Source of the DNA: Spironucleus salmonicida
Lineage: Eukaryota
Assembly: GCF_000497125.1 (NCBI RefSeq)
Contig: NC_090598.1
Coordinates: 1,364,001-1,428,000, forward strand
Length of the DNA: 64,000 bases
Reading direction: 5' to 3'
The translations under genes and the position numbers were made by a program. Positions 51,962-64,000 of this stretch are shown here, piece after piece. The notes under the pieces were generated by a model. That model saw nothing but the letters and a program-made list of their open reading frames with translations, did not search any database and was not told the origin of the DNA. The stretch's first letter is position 1, and every line of letters starts with the position of its first letter.

Positions 51962-54900
51962 TCATTCTAATAATTTTTTAATTGTGCCGTATTGTACTGT
52001 CAGTGATTAATACAAACTATTTTGATAAAAAACTGGGCAATTATAGTTTTAGCAGATAATATTTTAGTTTTCATCTAGCCCTCCACAATCATAACAAACT
52101 TATTATATACGTTGATACTATTTATAATATGAATGATACAAACTGTGGAGAACTATTTAATCATTAATACAGTTTTTGCAGATGGAAATTTTATTTGATT
52201 CATAAATATTAGTTGTTCGGCAGCATATGCATATTTATTTAGGCCGTTACAATAAAATATCCTATTTAACTGGTATTGGTTTAAATAAATATTAATTATG
52301 GGGAGTTATTATATTAACAGTTAGAAATTAATATAAGTGAGGATTGATAATAGCCGGTAATGATGACCTTTATAGGTTGAAAGATGTTAATTTTAATGAA
52401 AATCGGCTAGTACGCTAGTATTATACAGTAAATAATTCTTATCTAGGTATCTTGATTATAATTGTCGCGACTTATTACCAAATATCTTCAATATTTAAAC
52501 CACAAACCCCAAAAATTCTTTATAAAGCTGGGATTAAAAGCTTTTCTGTATAGTAAATGTAATTTGGGGTAAGTTATGATCCGTCAATAAAATTTTTACC
52601 TAACATAAATGGTTTAACAAAAGATGAATCTTCTAATACAACATATGAATAATATTCGCCATTATCTAAGTTTGTAAAAGTTTACTAATGCTTTTTAGAT
52701 AAATTTCCGTGATATTTTTTATTTATTACTAACAAATTTGGATCAAAATTGGTAACTAGCATTATTAATTATCTTACCAAGAATTTTTTAACGTAGGATA
52801 AGTCAGAGGTTGAAAATAAAATGTGTAATGCATTAGAAATAGTAGACTAAACTAATAAGGGTGAATCTCTTTTTATAGATTCTATTCCTTTAGCATCAAT
52901 TTTGGATGTAAATTCTCTTATTTAGAACTTAGATAACTTAATATTTTCAATATCATTTATAAATTATGATGTTTTATTGATTGAAGAATAATATATCTGT
53001 TAATCTAATAAATCTATAACTTAAGGATTATAAGATTTCCCAACATATCGCTTTTTAGAAATCAAGAATGAAGGAAAATAAATCTTTTCAAATTTGATTT
53101 TCATAGGATATTGTAGTGACTTATTTATTACAGTTAAGATTTATTTACCTATTTTATTAGCTAATAATAATAATTATGAGTCTGTATAATCTAATTTAGT
53201 ATCAGAAATAAGTTACGTAGTATCTATGAACATGCTATCAGTATCAGAGTAGACGACTTTACAACCACCAAATTATTATTCGACTAGTTTAATTGCACAT
53301 TCTAACGTTTATCTAGATATTTACATTATAGAATCGCCTATTTCTGATACTGGCATTTTTCCAGAAAATGTAGCAGCTGTATAACCATAAGTTGTATTCA
53401 TTAACATTTTAAGCTCAAGCTATTTACTAGTCAACTTATGAATTTCATTTTATAAATACACAATAGCTTAGTTTAACTATGAATACGAATGATTGGTTTG
53501 GTACTATAACAAAATATCTAATTCTTTTTCATAATTTTAAATTTTTGTATTTAGCTCTCCTCTACTTTTAAGGCAGCTTAGCATCATTTAAGGAATAACA
53601 CCTTATCGAATTCTTGGTTTGACAAAAAGGCAACTACTGGGGCTATATATAACACTATTTTTATTTAAGTCTTATATTTCTTCTTTATAGAACTAAATAT
53701 CAAATGGCCCTAATTATTAAATGTTTTTAAAGTTTTTAAGAACTGTCGAATAACAAATATTATAAGCAGCCATAACACTTGGATATAAAGAAGAAAAGTC
53801 GAATATAAGTAATGGCTTTGAATAGTATTTTGTTTCAGGTTCAGATACTAACGGTAACGCTTCCAATGCCTTCATATTTGATATTTACTATAGTGTAGGT
53901 GTTGGACCAATTATAATATTTCTATTTCTACATATAGTTAACAGCATTGCATTTATTTTAAATTATGATCCTCTTGACAAAACTTCGTAAATTGGTAGTT
54001 GAAATAATTTAGCAGATTCTAATGCGCCAGATATAAATCCAGATCTTTGAACAAATTTTTGTTATTATATTATAAAAGACATACAGTATTTTAAAATCTA
54101 AAAATAAGATATGTCGATTTATTAAATGTGTTCAGAAGAAGGAAGATCACTAAATACTATTGATAGTTCTTTAGGATCTTTACTAACTAGTCCATTATTA
54201 AAATAATCATTTAAATATTATAAATCAAAAGGTAATGAAGTAGTATTAATTTTTAGAACTTAGCATATATTTAAAAATGAATGATTGTTCAATTTTAGCA
54301 ATTATCGAGATATTGATTGAATACTAAAAATTAATCGTCCAGAAATTGTCTTATGTTTAGAATATATGTTAGAAAATGGGCCTAATTTCTAATATTTTTC
54401 ATATATATTTTTATCTTTGGAAAAAGCATGGTTCACTTTTTAAGGTGTCCTGCTTATTTTTGTTAAAAAATCAAATTAATACTTAGATGCTTGAATTGCT
54501 ATTCTTCCAATACCATCCATAGTAATTTTAAATGAAAGAATAATATCTGGATCAATTTCCTGTAATATTTATGGTAAGTATGAAGTATATACTTATTTTT
54601 CATCTAAAAATAACATATTATTTATTTAAATCTAATTAATATTTAATTAATTTTTTATTTAATTAAAAATTCTTTTAAATGAATTAATTTTATTCTAATC
54701 ATTGTTGATTATGAATGAATCTTAGAAAAAACAAACACCATACTTAAAATTAAACTATTACTCATTCTTATATGTATAAATGTTATATAAGTTTTCAGTA
54801 TTATAAAATATATAATGAACACCAAGATTTAAAATAAGTGGTTCAATATGAAGAACAACAAAATTATCTCTTTGCTATAATTATGACTTTTACTAAGTAA

Positions 54901-56158
54901 GTTTGGAAATAATATTGTCTACTAGTTCTGTGGATATTTAGATTTCGGATTGCTTTTATTTAGATCTTAAATTTTCAGGATTATCAAGTAGTTTTAACTA
55001 AAATTTTATATTCTAAATTTAATGCTAATAATAAAAATTTCCTTAAATTTAATCAACATCTATTTCTTATTTACTATGCTTATCCATATTTTCATCTTTA
55101 CTGAACAATATGTTTTATACAAAATTATGTTCTTGTAATAAGCCAGTAACATGATCAAATGCATACTTTGAACCAGCCCATTCGAAACATTAAGACTAAA
55201 TATCTTTTAGATCACTAAATCGTAAATTTTAGACTTGTGCATCATCAAAATCAAATTCTTATGTAATTTCTGTTTACTAAATTTGGAAAATATCCTATTC
55301 AGATTATGATAGTTCTTCATTAAAATTATTACCACCACCATCGAGTATACCTTAGAAATTTATTTGATTCTTTTAGTTTGATACTTCGATGTTATCAGAA
55401 TCTGAAAAATTAACTTCATTAAAAGAAAAATTATTTTCTTCAAGATTATCATATAATATATTTGATCTATCGATACTTTACTTCATCAAAAGTTAATTCT
55501 AAAGTTGAGGTGAAAGCTACTATGTTTGTGTACTTATATGATCTCGATTTTTTAATATATTATGAACAGTAGTTATAAATTCTAAATCGCATGTTGATTA
55601 TTTATTTTCAGCTGGAAAACACTAACATTAAATTTCATTAGCATTAATACCTATATCAACAGAAAATTTAGTGAAGTCATGTATATGTGCTTCATATACT
55701 TAATATTTTCGGCCACATTTACCATTTGACAATAATTTATGTACAGGTTATATTAAATTCCATTCTGTTAAGAATATTTTCAAGAAATATTGATCTAAAT
55801 GATAACCCAACATAGGTATACCTTTAACTATATGAAATTCATGTATTGCACATGTTATTTATTATGATACTTTAGGATAAAAATCTTATACTGCTCTTTC
55901 AATTTATGGTATCAAATTTGCTCCTATTTAGTCTATATTTTAATCCTTTTATATTTAGACAAATATATATGGGAAAAATCCATGAACCTTTATAAGTACT
56001 GATAAAAACGGATTTTATTAAGTTCCTCTACAGAATAAATTTATAATTGGTACTTTAATAAGCTTAAGCTTCGTTGCTGGATGTATATCGGGATCTAACT
56101 ATGATGGTCTTTAAACATCTAACTCATAACATAAAAGCTGAGTTTAAACCTACTTCAT
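51962..56158 (-). CDS. REV3: DNA polymerase zeta catalytic subunit (family B), 1398 aa
   Basis: N-terminal VPIINLF...VHGFFPY; FDFSSLYPSVMAAYNICYST; KMLMNTTYGYTAATFSGKMP (REV3-type); YSDTDS; KKRYVG; DAKGIE; C-terminal Cys clusters. Confidence 0.9.
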
Positions 56159-56196
56159 TTACTTTTATATAATGGGATAGAATATTATATATAACA

Positions 56197-56871
56197 TCAA
56201 TCATAAAACTCATTAAAGTCTTGATTTACATCTCCTAGATCAAATAAAGGTAAATCATACATACTTAAACTTAGTTGATAATCTTCAATTGGTCTATTAT
56301 CAGCGGAAATCATCAACTCTTACTGTTCAAACGTTTAGTTAATTGGTTCTAAAATTGGAAAATCAAATCCTTCGTCAAATGTATCAATAGCAGATTCTAG
56401 CTAATATTTTTTGAATGCTGGAAGAAATGCATTTCTAATCTTATGATGCGCAGTTTCTTAGTGAAAATCTACATATTCTCTAATATGCATTTTTTATTTC
56501 ACTAATTCAACGCCTTTCAAAATAGCCTCTTTTTCTGGGACTTATTCAGCTGCCAGCAATTATGCTTATTCTCTTGCGCATTTGGCAAACGTTTCTAGAA
56601 GATCTGAAGGCCATGAGGGAGAAGCTGACGCTTTGAAAGTATTATTGTAAAATTTATATAAATGCAGCCTGTCTTCTTATGACGAGTCTGCAACATTATC
56701 CCATATCAGTTTTTTTTATGATTAGTGTAAATTTTCATAGTATTTAATCATTTCTAATAGATTATTGTCAGAAAAATTTGTGTTAAACTGCTAATTTATA
56801 ATTTTTATTAGATGGTATTGGAATTTTTATTTAAATTCATCATTCGCCTTAGGCCTACGTTTCTAAGACAT
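56197..56871 (-). CDS. hypothetical protein (224 aa), possibly a degenerate Myb/SANT-like diplomonad family member
   Basis: Open ORF; the LIWDNVADS...YKFYNNTF...W helix pattern resembles SANT-like repeats; acidic C-terminus. Confidence 0.6.
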
Positions 56872-56965
56872 TTTAAGATTTATACAAATAATGATATATT
56901 ATAAATATAATGTTACTGATATAAAAAAGTTATTTAATATATAATAATTAATATAATAATTAAAA

Positions 56966-57688
56966 ATGGACAGTATATAATATTGGACAAACAAAAACTG
57001 TTTTGATAAATAAAGCTGGATTGATGAAGACGGAAGAAACTAGGCAGAGGAATTTTTGAGTATAGAGAATAAATAAGAAATTACCAACACATAATTTTAA
57101 ATGCTATCGATTGAGAAAAAATAACAAATAACCGGGTTAAGAATTTTATTTTTAAATGATGGGATTTTGAACTGCCAAAATTTTTAAAGTCTAGAGTATT
57201 TAGATGTTTAAAAGTCTTCACTGTAAGGGTTTCAAAATATAAAACATATGTAGAGCTTAGTAATATTTTTAGGAGAGGATAATTTGATAGACAACATTGA
57301 TAATTTTATTGATTTACCTAAGTTACTATGGTTAGATTGTCCCCATAATAATATTAAGAATGTTAAGAATTTTAAGAATGATTGTAGCGTTATATAAATT
57401 GATATAACTAGTAACCCGATTTAAAGAAGTTTCACCCTACCTTCTTATAAGCAAATTCTAAAATATAGCTAAAATTGGTATAAAGAGACTTCGTAGTTAA
57501 TTAACATACTCAAATTTAGGGAAGATTAGAATGTTCTTTTTGAAAAGAATACATAAGTTGAATAATCATATTGTGATAAGAAAAAACTTGAATAATATAA
57601 TTAAACTATGATTAATTTATAAAAGAAGTAGCAAACACTCACATATTAGCTTAATAATCTAAAGATGTAATAATGCATTACTAAATGA
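56966..57688 (+). CDS. leucine-rich repeat protein (240 aa)
   Basis: LRILFL, LEYLDV, DNLIDNI, LPKLLWLDCPHNNI and IDITSNPI give LxxLxLxxN-like repeats. Confidence 0.75.
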
Positions 57689-57700
57689 AAAATATTTTTG

Positions 57701-60700
57701 TCATTTTCTAATTTCAACTCTGACTGCTTTACCATTATCGTAATTAATCTCCCATAATCGAAGCAACATGCTTTTCATCTAATCAATTTCTTCTTAATTT
57801 TTACATAATGTCAGTCTATTTTATACTTCAAATTTAAATCTATCATCTAAGCCTTTATAAATTTAGTATAAATTTCCATCAATAATAAGACCTTCGTAAT
57901 TACTTATTAGATTTTTTGAATCCAAAATACATTAACTCCGCACATGTAATTATCCAGCCTCTAAAATATAAATAGTTAGCTAACCTGCAGTAATTGCACA
58001 TCTGTTGATTTTTTATTTTTTCATAGCACCTTAAGAGAAAGCAATAATTAATTGAATAGCATTATGTAAATGTTATTAGTTCTCAGATTCAACAAAATAA
58101 ACAGCATTGGGATTATCTATTGGCATTTAATATATTTAAGGCATCTCTGATATAATATCATTAAAATCCAGTTAATCATCAAATGACCACAATTCTGGTT
58201 TTTCAAAAATAGATATGACGACTTGAGGATATACAATACATGAATTTTATCGTTTCTATTTATCTTATAATAAGTTTCGATAATGGCAAAGTTTATCAAA
58301 AAAATTATCAGTTAAAGGCATATCATCTTCCATTTAATTAATCACCTTTGCTCGCCTCAATATATAGTTTGATTATATTACATTGTTTAATGAAACATAT
58401 TTTGATGCTAATATATTATACACTAGCATTGTGAAAGTGGGTATTCTATGTTAAATTTACTTTGATTTTAATTTTAATAGATTGAAATTTTATTCTTATT
58501 ATCTACCATGATTTATAAAATTTTATAGTTAAGGAATGTAATAGTTTAACATAATAACTGAAAGAAATAAAAATAGAATCATGTCTGGTACATGATAATA
58601 AACACCAGTAATAAAGAATAAAACTATAAAGAAAAGTTTTATGTGCAAGGTAAGTGATACTAATTCTTCTGGCTAAGATAATACTGATAAAGAAACTGCT
58701 AAAGTTGTTATAATAAAAAACATCAAGTTTGAAATCAGATGATTGAACGAATATAAATTTCCTTAAAATTATTCTTTTAAAGTTTATCTTGTTGTATAAA
58801 TTGAGTAAAATAAAAAGTAGAGAGTACACATCAAGACTACTTCCTGAATAAAGCATACTAACTTTTTACCAATGCCAATTTTTGGTTGTTCTAATGTTTT
58901 TGAATCATTAACATTGATTAAATTTTTGATGGCATCAGTCTATAAATTTGAAGAATTATTTACTAATTTGTAGTGGGAAAGTGCTGGCGTAATATTAGTA
59001 ATTATTTAAAGCAAACTTACAAATAGTAAAAGTACAAAACTAATATTATTAAGTTGAAAAATTGTTAAATGTATACCTAAAAAACTTGTGTATACATTAT
59101 CAAAATCAAATTTACTAGAATAATAATAGTTAAGTGGCATGAATATAAATGTTACAAATGTTATGTAAAAATATGGAATACAAGTCGGTCTGGCTTTGAC
59201 TAGAGCTGATTTAAAAAGGGTATTAGATGCCAATTTTTTTTCTTACCATCCTGATAAGTGGAAAAGATAAACTAATTTTTATATAGTTTATAAAAAAAGT
59301 TATTTGAGAATTTTAGCGGATTCTTAAAATGCATTTTAATGCTATAATGTTTCATTTTATATTTCATCTCCTTTTGATCCATTGAATGAGCCATACTGAC
59401 GATTTTTAACTAAACGACCACTATTGATTTATCTTTCAGTACTTCTACCTTTCAACATGCACTTATCTTATTACATCTAAACATCTATCTTATGAAAAAT
59501 AAATATCGATTCTAACTCTTATTACATAGTGAACATCAACTGCGATAATTTAGATTCAATTTCATTTATAATTTGTTCAAACTCTATAAAATTTTCCTTG
59601 TTTTCAAATTATTCAGAATCAATAATTAAAAACTTGTAAGTAAAATATTCTAATAAATGATTAATGGTAATATATGGCGAAATTTTCATGAGATTAATAT
59701 TTTAATCTTTATATAAAAAGTTATTTACAGCTACAACTTCAAATTAAGGTGGACATAAATCTAATATTTTTCTAAATATTTTTTATTTTTCTACTGTGCT
59801 TAAATTAATCTCATGTTCCATTTTTAAAACTAACTCTGAAATTAATGATAATGCTTCGCTATCAGTAGCATTACTTTTTGATTTTTATAGTTAATTATAT
59901 CCAATAATATATAAACCTTAAGACAATTCTTACGACAATTCTCGATTTAATTATGCATTTAAGCTGATTATAATAGTTACTTCTAACAACAATGAGTCAC
60001 AAAAATATTTAAATAAAGATACTAATATAGTTAAATGCTTTTAATTATATCCTAAATATTCTTCAAAATTTACCTAAAAATAATCAATTTCTTCTTATAT
60101 TAATTCTGAACTTGACATTTATATTAACAAACTAATAATGTTTTTAAAATGATTAAGTTTTTTTAATTTAAGATCAGATCCATCATAAGAGCTAATTTTT
60201 AATGACACAAATGTAGTTGATTATTGGTCTAAACTCGAGGTAGATTAATCATTTTCCATAATTTTTCCTTTTGGTATAACAAATATTTTATTAATTTCCT
60301 ATTCTATGCTTATTTAGGGTTTCGTAAATCTAGCTTGACTAGATGAAAAATAAAGCCTCATTCCATAAATTATTGCTTACATGAATAAACTTGATATAAA
60401 TATGATAATAGGACTATACCCTACATTAAATAACTAATACCCCGTAACTATAAATAAACACATAGAATTGATAACATAATATTACGTCTAAACAGGTAGA
60501 TATACTATTTCTAGTATAAAAATTTACTAATGGGCAATAATTTATATATCAGAACTAATTAAGATAGTTTATAAAAATAATTATAGAGCTGATAGCAGCA
60601 TGAAATTTTATCTAAGCAATTGATATCTATTATGGATAATCTAATCTTTTCTTTTTGTCCAGTGCAATTAGAATCTTGGCAGCATCATAAATTATATAAA

Positions 60701-60850
60701 TTACAATAGGCCAATACCATATTTTATTAATAAAAGATAATATTTTTTTCTAATATCTGATGTACCATTTACATTAATGATGAATTAAGACATTATAATA
60801 TGTACAAACATTAATACAGCAATTTGCTAATTTTCTTACTGGTAAGACAT
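57701..60850 (-). CDS. multi-pass membrane protein with TM-cytosolic-TM-cytosolic layout, degenerate adenylyl-cyclase-like (1049 aa)
   Basis: Single open frame scanned. Two hydrophobic blocks (~60350-60820 and ~58520-59200), each followed by a soluble domain. The second domain has RCAITAGQLTIYIL and HLHNAIQLIIAF, reminiscent of class III cyclase cores. Confidence 0.6.
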
Positions 60851-60940
60851 TTTCGAGCGAAACTTTATATAGATAATATTTATATATAATAATAAATTTA
60901 AATATTGTAATATAATAATAAAATAAATTAAAATATTATA

Positions 60941-61279
60941 TCAATTCAGAGCTTTATCATGAATCTCTTAATTTAATTCATTATTAATTTTTTATAAATT
61001 ATTAATTTTATCTATCAAATGAAAATGCTTTAAGGAAAGTTTCCACTCTTCAACGTGTTCTTATAATTTACTAGTACCATAATATGGACACTTCAGGACA
61101 TAAAAATCATAATCCAGAAAGTTTATCTTAGAAATAATATCTTGATACTGTAAAATAACCAGCAGGTCTTAAATCACGTCATCCTTCCTGCATGTTAGCT
61201 TATGTTTCATTTGTTACAATGTTATAGGCCTATTTTCAACCATAAAAACATTCGCTAAATTTTTAACATTACCCTCCAT
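60941..61279 (-). CDS. small winged-helix + coiled-coil protein, Hop2/TBPIP N-terminus-like (112 aa)
   Basis: FMVENRPITLQQM...DLLVILQYQDIISK...FYV resembles Hop2 (QNRPYS...L..L...G.I..K...Y); C-terminal heptads. Confidence 0.5.
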
Positions 61280-61330
61280 TTAATATTAATATTTTACAGT
61301 ATTGGAATATTATAATTTACTTAGTCTAAA

Positions 61331-61933
61331 ATGGGAGTCTGCTCATCTAAAACTGCAACCTCACCGTAATCAGAAACGGTCACTTAAGATCCAGCTACTA
61401 TCAGCAACCCGATCCAAATTGATCCAAACCAGATCCCTACCAACGAAATAGAACATGATAAAACGTCACCTACGCTACCGAAATTCGTAATCCGTGACCC
61501 AGTTTAACCGATCTAAACATAACCAGAGGAACATCATAATCTTCTTCTAGATGAGCCGGCAATGGACGCGTCCGCAGTGGCTAAGTTGGCAGCGAGAGAG
61601 GCAGACGAAAAAACCGAAAAGCTACGGGAAAGACAATACGAGGAGATAGCTAAGAGGAATAAATTAGCTACCCAGAATCCGTAAGTTAAGAGTATTGCAG
61701 CAAATTAGAACGCTGACAAACCAAAGCGAAGAGTAAAGGGTGTATTAGAGCAGATCGCAAAGAAAACCAAGGAGTACGAATTCAATGATGATAAAGAAGC
61801 ACAGATGGTTGCAAATAAGGGTCGCAGCGTTTTTGATTAAATTGAATAGTAGGAAAATGCATAACTAAAAGAGAAGGCCCTTAAAAGACCTGGAAGTGCG
61901 GGAGGCAGAGAAAAGGATATTGATATGGAGTGA
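61331..61933 (+). CDS. hydrophilic protein with N-terminal dual-acylation motif MGVCSSK (200 aa)
   Basis: MGxCxS myristoylation/palmitoylation-type N-terminus; low-complexity charged body; ends in AGTGA. Confidence 0.75.
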
Positions 61934-61942
61934 GAGAAAAAA

Positions 61943-64000
61943 TCACGCCGAAATAAGAATAAACTGTTTTGTTATTATAAATAATGTTATCATGCAAGAT
62001 ATGCAGAAAGATACCAATAAGCAAGTGTTGAAAATAGAGGACATCCAGGCTGTGTTGAATCCTAGAATTATTTCAAATACTCCTGACTCCGATATAGGGA
62101 TCCAAAAAATAAAGCATAAAGCTAGTAGTTAAAGAGATATAAAGATTAATATTTTTTTAAGTTAAACAGAAGCTGGCAGTTTCAATCCCCAAATTTATTG
62201 AATTGGATATTTATAAGCAACTAGAAACGCACTTATAGTGTAAGAAGAATAAAAATTACATAAAATAAGTTATATAAAAGGGGATAATTAAATAAGCTAG
62301 TTACTTATATAAAGACTAGAGCCTTGTCCTTATATAGAATAAAAATATAATCCAGGAACCAATGTAATTACTATTGATAATATCATTAAAATAATCTATT
62401 ACTTAAGTTACTATGTTTATATATTATAAGGAAAAAATTTAATTAAATCTGCCAGAATTAAATCTCGATTTCCGATATACTTATTGTTGTTTGAATTACG
62501 TACGATAGGAGGGATCCAAATTACATATGGTAATAGTATTTATAAATAAAATACTTAAAATATCAATAAAATACCAATCGATACTGGAGGATAAAATAAT
62601 GCTTTTGGTGCTAATTTTAACAAATATATACAATTGTTGATTTAATATATACTATTTGTAAATTCAAATATGAAAACGTATACTGTAATAACTAGCATTA
62701 ATATAGATAATAACAATTTTGAGTAAATAGAATTAATGAATACTGATTATAACGTCATCAAAAAATAAGGAACTTCTTAACATAAATCTAAAAAGGATAG
62801 AATATAATCTTAAGCAAAAATAAAACAGTAAGAAATATTTATATTTTTTAATTTGAAAGAAATAGGACAAATTCCATTCTTACTTACTATTAGGAAATCT
62901 TAATCTTATCTCTATTCAATTATCTTATTTTATTCACAAAAAAGCATAGCATCCTAAAATATATCATTTTGTATATAATTACAATCTATAGTATCAATCC
63001 ATGCTACCTTGATTCCTTAACAGTATAATTTTTTTGCAACATTAAATGAATCTTATTTAAAAATGAGATAAATTCCACAGACTTTATCGTGATTTTTTAA
63101 AATATCTAATAGATTATCTAATTGGGTTAAGTAATTATTCTAAAATAATGGATTATTTTATAAGTTAAATTTTCTATTAAAGATTTTTTCAAGTTATTTC
63201 TATTAGGTGGATGATTTTCCTGTAGTTAGAACAATATTCATGTTAAAGCTAGGCTTTTCTATATAATTAAAGAATTATTTCCCCAAATTAGTACTTTTTA
63301 ATATAAAATTGCAACTAAATAGATATATCACTGGGCCATATGATTATAAATCTACTTTATTTTATATACTGTTTTAAGCTATAACTTAGTTTGGAATTAC
63401 AGCAAAATACAATGATTGAAATTGACTATTTATTTATTTAATATATTATTTTCCTTACTTTTTATTATACTCTGAATATGATATTACATTATCTATCAGC
63501 TTAACATTATTAATACCAATATTATTTAATGTTTCTGATCCAATACTTTTATTAGCTATTGAACATATTTTATTAAAATTTATAGATACAATAATTATAA
63601 AACATTATTCATTTATGGAACAGTTAAATAACATTATATCTAAATCAGAACAATATAAAATTTATTAAGCGCGTATATTTTGAGAATAAAATAATTAATC
63701 TTTGTTTTATAATAATAAATTCTTAAAATTATAGTTTTTATTACTTTATAATAAATGTTAACTTATATCTTTATGAGTTAAAGCTATTATTTATTACACT
63801 AGTCTAACATCTTTAAATATCTAACTCTAAGCTGATTAATCCTTTTGCAAATAGTATTACATTGCAAAAATTTTTTATATCGAGAATACTTTATCATATT
63901 TAAGCCCAACTGCAATTTATGATATTTATAATTCAGGTGATAGTAAATAATTTATATCCATAATAATTGTATTAGTAAATCCAATAGATGTTAGACTTTT
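61943..64000 (-). CDS. hypothetical multi-pass membrane protein, 5' partial
   Basis: No in-frame TGA found from window end to 61943; several hydrophobic helices in the last ~300 codons. Confidence 0.7.

Noticed and set aside
57701-58429. Separate gene starting at ATG 58429 (preceded by CCACTTTC)
   Set aside because: In frame and continuous with the ORF from 60850; treated as the C-terminal domain of one protein.
493-62132. Most ORFs in the supplied six-frame track (e.g. 493-699, 15052-15327, 20778-21002, 44408-44782, 58503-58856)
   Set aside because: Computed with TAA/TAG as stops. They are fragments of longer table-6 genes or off-frame/antisense shadows; only 44461-44766 is a complete real gene.
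61992-62201. + strand 69-aa ORF after the MGVC gene
   Set aside because: Lies antisense within a much longer open minus-strand membrane protein frame.

Overview
AT-rich, very compact, apparently intron-free eukaryotic DNA in which TAA/TAG encode Gln and TGA is the only stop (translation table 6), so the supplied standard-code ORF track is fragmented and misleading. The code, stops often embedded in AGTGA and a C-rich (TTTCCACT-like) motif just upstream of many ATGs point to a hexamitid diplomonad, probably Spironucleus (inference). Re-read with table 6, the window holds about 33 CDS. Recognisable genes include a CSC1/OSCA channel, TGS, Tctex, HAS1, a Pus9-type pseudouridine synthase, LCAT, Trm13, a 4198-aa divergent dynein heavy chain, RPA1, Vps16, Myb, NAPRT, eL24, eS17, TBL1 and REV3. 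The main structure is a ~4.2 kb near-identical inverted duplication (12369-16593 / 28205-32429). Each copy carries a GC-enriched cassette in which two identical tRNA-Ile(GAU) genes, as direct repeats, bracket an unknown gene plus the tRNA methyltransferase Trm13. The second copy also creates a 5'-truncated dynein fragment and a chimeric RRM ORF. Several proteins look like catalytically eroded homologues (dynein, phosphomannose isomerase-like, 12-TM adenylyl-cyclase-like). All family calls come from manual translation and motif recognition; no database searches were run.
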